Assembly: GCA_963726195.1 (NCBI GenBank)
Contig: CAVSBO010000014.1
Coordinates: 1-15,054 of the forward strand
Length of the DNA: 15,054 nt
Direction of reading: 5' to 3'
Source of the DNA: Candidatus Thorarchaeota archaeon
GTDB taxonomy: Archaea > Asgardarchaeota > Thorarchaeia > Thorarchaeales > Thorarchaeaceae
A program made the translations under genes and the position numbers. The first letter of the stretch is position 1. The number at the start of each line of letters is the position of its first letter. Positions 1-7,219 of the stretch are shown here, one piece after another. The notes under the pieces are model-generated. The model was not told the DNA's origin, ran no database searches, and was given only the letters and a program-made list of their open reading frames with translations.

Positions 1-64
1 CTCGTAGTGTGCGACACACTACGCAAAGCGAGTGCAGCGAGCGGAGGCTCTTCGGGGCGGTCAT
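1..64 (-). CDS. 5' start of a small gene running off the window edge (MTAPKSLRSLH...)
   Basis: GGAGGAGG-AC-ATG on the minus strand (ATG at 64). Same SD/start arrangement as the small gene at 933 that follows the other repeat copy. Confidence 0.3.
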   Translation of the reverse strand, partial: MTAPKSLRSLHSLCVVCRTLR

Positions 65-129
65 GTCCTCCTCCTTCTTGTTCTCTGGTTCCGGCATATC
101 TCCATACAGGCGCTCGCCCGCCGCTTCCT

Positions 130-592
130 CGGGAAATCCCTTGCCCGGAAACTCACTCATCACGGTTCTACTCCAATCATGTTCCAACAAAGACCTGCCT
201 CATATTGAAACCCCAGCGATGCCGGGTATCTGCGCAACAGAAGCCACCCACATCAAGCAGACGAACGCTTGTTTGGAAACAGCAGCAGTAGTAGGGCCAT
301 TAGCCCGACTATTTGGTTGGATTCCATAGCCGCTAGGCTCGCCACTTGGAATCTCAGCGCCGGACTTGACGGACTGAAGCCAAACATTCCGCGAGCGTTT
401 CCAACGAGCATGTTCCACATGCCAGGACTGAAAGGGTCTGCAATCGCAACGGCCACCCCCTCCTTGTAAACCATTGCCCCCAACCGAATCACCTTACCAT
501 CTCTTCTCGCATATGGTGTATCCGTTCTTGGTAGCGCTCCAGAGGCATGTTCCTTGGTCGTTTGGACTTGTTCCCCGAACGCGTCATGTAGG
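130..592. repeat. Imperfect direct repeat of about 1045-1510
   Basis: Shared blocks such as ttctactccaatcatg, gccacttggaatct, cggactgaagccaaacattccgcgagcgtt and tatccgttcttggtagcgctccaga. Confidence 0.9.
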
Positions 593-610
593 GTCATGGA
601 CCACGCGCAG

Positions 611-685
611 GCCTAGGAGGAACTGGAGGGACCGGGCTTGGACGTCCCTAGCCCCTGCTCCCTGTGCCTTTGCCTGACAGGCGTC
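611..685. repeat. Imperfect direct repeat of 2161-2235
   Basis: Ungapped alignment at offset 1550 (gcctaggaggaactgg / gccaagtaggaactga). Encodes ARSLQFLLG / ARALQFLLG. Confidence 0.8.
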
Positions 686-686
686 A

Positions 687-933
687 TTAATGGCGCCTTA
701 TCCTTCTGATTTTGACGTATAGCATCAGGGCACCGCATGCTGCGAAAAACAGGCAGGCTGCCGCAACGAACGGGGTTAAAACCGAACGAGACTCGTCCGT
801 ACTAGTAGCACAGAAACTGTAATCGCCCCCATGACAATGGCGAGGAAGAACATAAAGGACATGCAGTCAGACCCAGATGCCGAGAGCCCGACTGCCGACC
901 TACTTGTGCTGGTGGGTAACTATCATGAGACAT
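687..933 (-). CDS. Small two-TM membrane protein, frameshifted (candidate immunity/accessory protein)
   Basis: SD GGAGGAGG then ATG at 933. Hydrophobic segments MSFMFFLAIVMGAITVSVLLV and LTPFVAAACLFFAACGALMLYVKIRRIRRH* lie in different frames; stop at 687-689. Confidence 0.5.
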
Positions 934-949
934 GATTCCGCCTCCTCCG

Positions 950-2727
950 TTTCATCTTGAGACCTTTCGTTTGCAAACGCAGGTAAATACCTTGTGTGTC
1001 GGGCGCAACTTCCTTCCCCGGTCATACGTTTCTTTTCATATCTTCTCGAGAAATCTCTTAACCGGGGATTCGTTCATTATGTTTCTACTCCAATCATGCT
1101 CTAATAAGGAACTACCTCACATTGAGGTCTGAACGGGACCGAGTGCTTTGCGACATCAGATTCACGCCTCAAGAGGACGAAGATGTATTTGGAAGCAGGA
1201 GCAATAGTAGGGCCATTAGTCCAATCATTGAGTTCAGCTCCCATGGCCGCCAAGGCCGCCACTTGGAATCTTAGCGGGCAGAGTTGGCGGACTGAAGCCA
1301 AACATTCCGCGAGCGTTCCCAAAGAGCATGTTCACCATATCAGGATTGATATGGTCCGCAATCGCAACGGGCACACCTTCCTTGTCAGCCATTGCCTGTA
1401 ACTGAATTGCACCACCTTCTTTCTCATATATGGCATATCCGTTCTTGGTAGCGCTCCAGAAGAATGTTCCATGTTCGGTCTCAATCTCTTGCGCAAACAC
1501 TGTATGTAGGCCGCCAGCCGGGTCTCTGACCTTGATTGGCGAACTTGCCTCAGGTGCGCCCCTTGTGGGACGGACAGCCGAACCGATTAGGACCGCTGCA
1601 AGCATACCAACACTGAATCCAATGCTCCACCAGTCCGCGCTCTCTCGCCCGCCTTCGGCGTAGGAAAGTGCCATCATACGCATCGTGGCCGATCCTAGAA
1701 GAAGCTCCAGTGCAAACTTACCTACCTTCCAACCGATTTGCACCAATGTGAACCGCACCAGTGTGCTGGTGCTCGTCGACATCATCTGTTGGAGAGTCGG
1801 AGCTGACTTCCTCGGCGGCCTCTGTCACTCCACCTCCTATTGCTGTGCCTATTGCTCCGCCGAGAAGTCCCAGACCTGCACCTACCGCCATGTAAGTTAG
1901 GGCCGTTAACACTGCATTCCATGTTGCATCGCTGGTGAAGTCGAAGAAGCTGAAGCCCGGCTCAAGCATGTATGCGACATCGCATCCAGCTGCGACTGCT
2001 ATATTGAAGAGTGCCCACGTGAGGGCCATATCTATCAGGGACCGGCCTGTCACAGCTGGTACATGTTGTCTATTCCAAAGACTGCCATCGGGAGACCTAC
2101 CGCAAGTCCGCCTCCTCCTGTGCACGCAGTCGCTAAGACTGCTCCAATGACCAAGCACAAGCCAAGTAGGAACTGAAGAGCCCTGGCCCATAAATCCTTG
2201 GCTCCCGCTGCTTGCGCCTTCGCCCAGTAGGCGTTCCAGTATGTCATGTCGTAAGTGATCTTCAGGTAGGTATAGTCATAGGTGACAAGGTTCGTCATCA
2301 GAGACACAATGTCTCCTTTTGGAATCAGCACCGGGTTGGTATTGAATACAAAAACCTGCAGCATGGGCACTGAACTACAAGCATCAGGGTTAGCACCATC
2401 ATAGACTACTACTCCGGGTTCGGGTGTATAGACGGGTACGTAGTTTCTATCACCACCATAATCACCGCAGCGCATGCTGGTGTGCCCCACGGCTTTGTAT
2501 CCTGTAATCCGCTTGTTGGCATATTGCGTCAAGTCAAAGTTCAAAGTCATTACTGCCTGCGTCATAGTCACGTTACGGTATATCGTGATGTCTCCATAGA
2601 AGAGGCTCAGCTGGACAAAGTATGTATGTCCTGACTGAAATATACCTGTAAGGTTCAAGGTGGTACCGATGCTTGTCGCGAAGACCTGCTGCGACCGGCC
2701 ACACTGTCTTTCTGTGTACACACACAT
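950..2727 (-). pseudogene. Large frameshifted membrane/surface protein (copy B): beta-rich N-part, Gly/Ala-rich hydrophobic helices, soluble C-terminal domain; polymorphic-toxin-like
   Basis: ORFs 2050..2727, 1718..2191, 1234..1785 and 1101..1322 join into one reading through small indels near 2055, 1790, 1280 and 1150. Both ends are approximate, and the breaks may be sequencing errors. Confidence 0.6.
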
Positions 2728-2898
2728 TTTCCCGTTGCAAAGAAAGGCGACCAGAGCACATAGCGCTTTGTTGTTCTCTTTCCTCGATAGGCACTCTGGG
2801 CGTGCGCTAACGTAGCAACTCCGGTATTCATTGACCTAGCCAATTCGGAGTTCGCCTATCTTCAGAGTTTGCCGGCTAAGTCAAGAGGAGTCTGTCAG

Positions 2899-3153
2899 AT
2901 GACGAAATTCCTGCTTGCACTGTGCGGACTTCCTGTTTCTGGAAAGACAACCCTTGCGGAGCAAATCAGAAGAAGTCTGGAGATGCCCTCAAAGGTTCAG
3001 ATTGTAAGCGCAGATCAGTGGCGTGACAGAGAATACTACTCCAGATTCGAACCCAAGACTGTTTCGCCCTTCGAAGCTGAGGCCATAGTGTCACTTCATC
3101 CAGAATTTGAGGAACCGGCTCGTCAAAGTCCACTGGCAGTCTTTTGCAGATGA
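2899..3153 (+). pseudogene. Truncated P-loop kinase, PSTK/KTI12/AAA_33-like N-terminus (authentic only to about 3055)
   Basis: SD GAGGAG at 2885-2890 and ATG at 2899. Walker A LCGLPVSGKTT and VSADQWR are present but no Walker B. The remainder is the antisense of the radical SAM fragment. Confidence 0.7.
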
Positions 3154-3379
3154 ACTTGGCATAGCACCCCCACCAGCACCCGTGGCCCTTGTTCGTCTTC
3201 CCTCCCCTGCATCCGTACACACTCTCCAGTGTGTTTGCCTGATTCTTCGAGTTGCCGTGAATCTCCATAGGGCGAGAGCGGAACCTTCTCTCCTTGGTGT
3301 CAATCCACTTCTTGACCCTCTGGGCAAAGACAGACCTCGGGACTTCGGGAACTTCGGTCTCGACGAGAGAGGGTTTCCA
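3044..3379 (-). pseudogene. Second radical-SAM-like domain, C-terminally truncated
   Basis: GNSK...LESVYGCRGGKTNKGHGCWWGCYA...FDEPVPQIL...WVRI aligns with GNNK...LDTVRGCSFAAVHGFRGCYGNCYL...YWIPVSMKL...YVRN of 3380..4312. The frame is open back to the TAG at 3380-3382; first ATG at 3268. Confidence 0.75.
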
Positions 3380-4312
3380 CTACTCGTCCCCCCAATAGCA
3401 AGCCTTGCTCATGCACTGATTGGAACATTCGTAGCAGTGAGAGTAGCACCCACGACAGCTGTACCCAATGTCGCCAGCACTCTTCCACCGATTAGTGAGG
3501 CGACCATCAGTGTTAGAGAAGGTCGGGGCATAGTGCGCAAGATCGAGCAGGTCGTTGATGGGGCTCTTGCCTCGAATCCTGAGAGGCTGCTCGAATGCCT
3601 TGTCCATGGACATCAGTTCGTCTTGGGTATCCCAGAGTGAGGACTGCTCATCGTTGAACCAAGCTGTAATGACTCTTCTGACCGAATGACCGCCAACAGC
3701 TTCGTAACGTTCAAGGTTGTCGAGGACACGGTCTCGATGTTTTGCAGGGTCTATCGCGCTCGCCGAACCATGAATGACACAATCTATTCTCGCAAGCCTT
3801 TCAAGGACCTGAACCGAAGGCTCAACTCCGAATCGTGTCAGAAGAACAGTTGCCTTGTCGCAGGTATCGCAAAGTTCGGCAACACAAGTGGTTAGTTCCC
3901 AATCAAATGAGGGTTCGCCGTTGACGCCGTTTCTCACATAGTCAGACTTGATAGACTCTATGTCTCTTACGAGTAGACTGGCATTCAGCTTCATTGACAC
4001 AGGAATCCAGTAGTTCATGTGGTATCTTGCCATACTCTCTGCGAGGTAGCAATTGCCATAACACCCCCGAAAACCGTGGACCGCGGCGAAGGAGCAGCCG
4101 CGAACTGTGTCTAGGTTGATTCCGAGCTCAGTTACATTCCGTCGTCCGTACGGCTTCCCGCTCGGGCTGACGTTCGACTTGTTGTTTCCAAATAGCCCGA
4201 TAATCCGCACAGCGAAGCGCAGCCATGGCCTAGACCATCCGGAGCGGGTCCACACAAGAGTAGGCTCGTCTTGTTGAGCATACCCCAGTTGACCGAGGCC
4301 GCCTACCACCAT
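3380..4312 (-). CDS. Radical-SAM-like Fe-S protein with Cx10Cx3C motif and C-terminal Cys cluster
   Basis: RGC-x10-CYGNCY (4049-4096), GGE-like VRNGVNGEPS, LLTR, and C-terminal CxxCxxxCxxCxxxC. Resembles SplB-like and phage radical SAM families. Confidence 0.75.
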   Translation of the reverse strand: MVVGGLGQLGYAQQDEPTLVWTRSGWSRPWLRFAVRIIGLFGNNKSNVSPSGKPYGRRNVTELGINLDTVRGCSFAAVHGFRGCYGNCYLAESMARYHMNYWIPVSMKLNASLLVRDIESIKSDYVRNGVNGEPSFDWELTTCVAELCDTCDKATVLLTRFGVEPSVQVLERLARIDCVIHGSASAIDPAKHRDRVLDNLERYEAVGGHSVRRVITAWFNDEQSSLWDTQDELMSMDKAFEQPLRIRGKSPINDLLDLAHYAPTFSNTDGRLTNRWKSAGDIGYSCRGCYSHCYECSNQCMSKACYWGDE

Positions 4313-4497
4313 GTACCTGCGTCTTGATTTCGGTTAATAACGTCATACGAACTATCATCGCTCAGAACCGACCGAACGAGTATCTTTCCTCGGCAGACAT
4401 CGCAGCTGGAATTCACTTAGAAGTCACCATCATGCTTATATGGGCAGGTCAAGGCGATGGCCATTGTTAGGAAACTCGAAAATGCCCAGCACATATT

Positions 4498-4632
4498 GCC
4501 GCGGTAGCTCAGCTGGGAGAGCGCGAGACTGAAGGCGGCGGCAGCAGACTGTTGCTGGCATACATCTCGCTGTCACTGGTTCGCCTGGACTGACTGCCAG
4601 TCCGGGGCCAAAAAATCCGGTCCGCGGCACCA
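4498..4632 (+). tRNA. tRNA-Phe(GAA) with two introns (37/38: 4535-4563; 56/57: 4583-4612)
   Basis: Acceptor GCCGCGG/CCGCGGC-ACCA. After splicing, anticodon arm CGAGA-CTGAAGA-TCTCG and T-arm ACTGG-TTCAAAT-CCGGT. BHB-like geometry at both introns. Confidence 0.92.
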
Positions 4633-4665
4633 ACTCCTTTTTCGTTCGGTTCGAACTAGCAGTAT

Positions 4666-4720
4666 CTGGTTCAAATCCGGCCGTCTGCACCATCTCCTTT
4701 TTCATTCGGTTCATAGCAGC
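4666..4720 (+). repeat. Degenerate tandem copy of the intron-less tRNA-Phe 3' end plus trailer
   Basis: CTGGTTCAAATCCGGccgtctGCACCAtCTCCTTTTTCaTTCGGTTC versus spliced CTGGTTCAAATCCGGtccgcgGCACCAaCTCCTTTTTCgTTCGGTTC. Confidence 0.85.
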
Positions 4721-4728
4721 AATGTGCG

Positions 4729-5190
4729 ATGAAGACCAGTTCATCAGCGAGCAAAGAAGCCGTGTCAGTTCGCGTGAAGCTGCTGAACGCTGATTCTAAG
4801 ATGCCGTCCCTTGCCAACGAAGGGGACGTGGCTTTCGACCTCTATTCAACTGTCGATATTGATCTTCAACCGGGTCAGCGTTTTGCAGTGCCTATCGGAA
4901 TATCAGTGGAAATACCGCAAGGATATGAGGGACAAATCAGGCCAAGGAGCGGGCTCGCTCTGCAATATGGCGTAACCGTTCTCAATGCTCCTGGCACAAT
5001 CGACAGCGGCTTTCGTGGCGAAATCAAATCGATAATGGTAAACCTCGGGTCAGATGCTTTCAGTATTACGAAGGGAATGAGAATCTGCCAGCTCGCCATC
5101 AGACGCGTGCCGGAAGTGCAACTTGTGAAATCAGAAACCCTCACTCCCTCAGAGAGGGGAGAGAAGGGCTTTGGCAGCAGTGGACATTGA
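4729..5190 (+). CDS. dut: Trimeric dUTPase
   Basis: Motifs AFDL, GQIRPRSGLA, NAPGTIDSGFRGEI, GMRICQL and RGEKGFGSSG. Confidence 0.97.
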   Translation: MKTSSSASKEAVSVRVKLLNADSKMPSLANEGDVAFDLYSTVDIDLQPGQRFAVPIGISVEIPQGYEGQIRPRSGLALQYGVTVLNAPGTIDSGFRGEIKSIMVNLGSDAFSITKGMRICQLAIRRVPEVQLVKSETLTPSERGEKGFGSSGH

Positions 5191-5268
5191 ATTCACTGAA
5201 TGCCGCAGGGCCAGTTCTATCGTTGAGCCTAGGTTGCATGCCAAAGAAGCGCATTCAATGTCGCAACG

Positions 5269-5278
5269 TTTTTAATTG
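5269..5278 (+). promoter_or_regulatory. TATA-like box for tRNA-Val
   Basis: TTTTTAAT about 27-34 nt upstream of the tRNA start. Confidence 0.5.
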
Positions 5279-5302
5279 ACTGCAATCGTCGCTCATTAAA
5301 AC

Positions 5303-5380
5303 GGGTGGGTAGTCTAGATCGGTTATGATACTGCATTGACAGTGCAGTGGTCCCGAGTTCAAATCTCGGCCCACCCACCA
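5303..5380 (+). tRNA. tRNA-Val(GAC)
   Basis: GGGTGGG/CCCACCC-ACCA acceptor; CTGCA-TTGACAG-TGCAG anticodon arm; CCGAG-TTCAAAT-CTCGG T-arm. Confidence 0.96.
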
Positions 5381-5436
5381 CTTCTTCTGTAACGGACAAG
5401 ACCTAACATACAAACAATGCGTCGCGAGAGATGCTC

Positions 5437-5957
5437 CTACACGAACATTCCCGCCCTGTGCGGGTAGCGTTTCCGGAACAGTTCGTCCGCGTCTCTATCC
5501 AAAGAGACCTGAGTCTTCAGAATGTCAGGACCAAGCGATCCGAGGTCAGGTCTCGTCAATATGGGACCGCTCAGGAAGTGACCTCCATGTTCCTGCTCCA
5601 TTTCTTCAAGGCTTATTGGTGCCCTCTTGATAATCGATTCCACTGAGAACCGGTTGCTACTGGGGTCGCTCAACGCCTCGAACAGACCTCTTACGTCAGC
5701 CTCGCTCAAAGCTCTGAATCCAAATTCGGGCGCAGACTTTAGCGTCTCGACTACAGTGCCGGGGTTCGGTATCTCCACTCCTGCTCCTGTGAACTCAAAC
5801 GGGTTCAATGGAATAAGCTTGAGCTGGAAGCTGACTCAGGCCCGATGACCATCATTTCCCCCCGTGGGGTACTCAGAACCCTCCAACCTCTGGGCCGGTC
5901 TGAGTATTGCCTGAGTATCCTCTGCACGACGCCTTCCGCCGGCTCGCTTTCCGTCAT
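5437..5957 (-). CDS. Hypothetical protein (~173 aa) with a 1-bp frameshift near 5830
   Basis: ATG at 5957 gives MTESEPAEGVVQRILRQYSDRPRGWRVLSTPRGEMMVIGPESA, which joins FQLKLIPLNPFEFTGAG... (ORF 5437..5808) if one base is added. Confidence 0.75.
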
Positions 5958-6099
5958 AAGCTATCGCATACACATGTTGGCTCAAATACTCATATCGTTG
6001 TCGGTCTATTGCTTGCCGTGCCTTCTCCTGTGCGATATCTCAGGAATAGCTGGGCAAAACCGATTGTGCGAACTCAGCACAAAATGCAGTTCGGCAAGA

Positions 6100-6582
6100 C
6101 TAGGGCCGGACGAACAACTCTTCTCCCAACGAAGGCTCGCTCTCTATGGTTCCACGCACAACATTGCATTCCGAGTCGAGCCGTGCCATGAGTTCCTTGA
6201 TGGCTTCGTCAGTGTCTCTAACCTGATCGTCCCATGTCCGAGACTTGTCAGTTAGGCCATTGTAGTCGAGAATGTACTTGAAAGTCAATGCAACGCCCTT
6301 GATCTTGACACCCACAGCGCTCAGTGTGATCCTGCGCAACCTCTTGTCATCCCCAAAGAACGGCGTATTGAAGTACTCCGGAGTGTAGACAACCAGTGCG
6401 GCGTCTTTTGCGAACTTCCTGAACTCTTCGTAGCTACTGAGAACGATTGGGGGAATGAAAACGGGGGTTTCGCTGTCCATCTTTACATCAACTCGGTGCT
6501 CTTGTTTCCACACCCGCACCCCACCGCTTCCAGTGGAGCTTCTTGGGTTGTGAGCCGCTTTGGCCATGTTCTTGAGCACCAA
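6100..6582 (-). CDS. Hypothetical protein (start uncertain: 6582, 6567 or 6480)
   Basis: Protein-like composition, co-oriented with neighbours, AT-rich TATA-like tract at about 6601-6615. Confidence 0.7.
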   Translation of the reverse strand: MVLKNMAKAAHNPRSSTGSGGVRVWKQEHRVDVKMDSETPVFIPPIVLSSYEEFRKFAKDAALVVYTPEYFNTPFFGDDKRLRRITLSAVGVKIKGVALTFKYILDYNGLTDKSRTWDDQVRDTDEAIKELMARLDSECNVVRGTIESEPSLGEELFVRP

Positions 6583-6719
6583 GTAGAACTAATATGCAAA
6601 TGAATATAAATCTATTTGTTCAGTACCTCTCGCATCGCGTTGCTTGACAGCCCTTTGTTAGAACACGTGTTCCAATAGGCCAACCCACCACGGGCGTAGC
6701 GGTTGCGTTCTATGTGTTT

Positions 6720-7169
6720 TCAGAAAGACTCGCAAACGGACCGAATCATCTTGATTTGTTCGCCCTTCGTGTGAACAAGGTACTGAAAGAGCCGGCTAAT
6801 CACTGGAGAGTGCGCTCTCGCTGCTATGGACAAGTAGAAGGTGTAAGCACTCATAGCAATCTTCAACGCCTTGTTGCAAACAAATAACCGAGGGTCGACT
6901 TCTGCTCGCACAAGATCGAATGGAGTTTCATCGGGCTCTTCCACGTCAACCGTGCGTGCTTCTTCAACTGCATCGATTACGCTTCTGAACATCATGGATT
7001 CAATCTTGTCAATGATTCCTTCCTCGGACTTGGCCAGAAAGAGCAGCAGTTCCTTCATTTCTTCAGTTTGAACGGTAGTTGATGCATCTTGGTAGAACTG
7101 ATACTGATTGAGTGACGTGGCAAGCGCTACGTTCAGCATGCGCTCCACGGGGTTCTTTTTCTGGCTCAT
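6720..7169 (-). CDS. Ferritin-like (rubrerythrin-type) four-helix protein with degenerate metal ligands
   Basis: Two-fold pattern AL...YQFY..AS.....EEMKELLLFLAKSEE and AL....AYTFY..IA......ISRLFQYL. GGAGG precedes the ATG at 7169. Confidence 0.7.
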   Translation of the reverse strand: MSQKKNPVERMLNVALATSLNQYQFYQDASTTVQTEEMKELLLFLAKSEEGIIDKIESMMFRSVIDAVEEARTVDVEEPDETPFDLVRAEVDPRLFVCNKALKIAMSAYTFYLSIAARAHSPVISRLFQYLVHTKGEQIKMIRSVCESF

Positions 7170-7219
7170 AGGTTCAAACAGGCCTCCACGCATTCATAAT
7201 GATTGCATCTTTCTTGAGT

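Larger units (their letters stand above)
65..686 (-). pseudogene. Degenerate, internally deleted paralog (copy A) of the C-terminal half of the 950-2727 protein
   Basis: Minus-strand peptides AKAQGAGARDVQARSLQFLLGL, WSATKNGY, KEGVAVAIAD, GNARGMFGFSP, LRFQVASLAAM, NGPT and SLLEHDWSR match copy B. Several frameshifts; about 630 bp of copy B is missing. Confidence 0.7.

Noticed and set aside
130-1510. Diversity-generating retroelement TR/VR pair
   Set aside because: Mismatches involve all bases and concentrate at third codon positions rather than adenines; no reverse transcriptase in the window.
7-1900. Plus-strand ORFs (9..329, 932..1132, 1183..1401 etc.) as genes
   Set aside because: Ser/Pro-rich antisense shadows sharing third-position register with the minus-strand reading.
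3055-3153. FEEP resembling the PSTK/KTI12 C-terminal F-[DE]-EP motif (internally deleted kinase)
   Set aside because: This stretch is the antisense of the radical-SAM paralog, which aligns well through it; probably coincidence.
3107-3640. 177-aa plus-strand ORF
   Set aside because: Antisense to the radical-SAM genes; no motifs.
4535-4612. Cross-pairing between the two tRNA-Phe introns (CTGGCA/TGCCAG) or a box C/D guide within them
   Set aside because: Only 6-8 bp and competing with stronger local hairpins; the introns are too short and lack box C.
4613-4720. Mini CRISPR array
   Set aside because: Only two degenerate units, derived from a tRNA end; no spacers or cas genes.
5834-5842. In-frame TGA upstream of ORF 5437..5808 as selenocysteine
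   Set aside because: Better explained by a 1-bp frameshift joining an upstream ATG-led frame.
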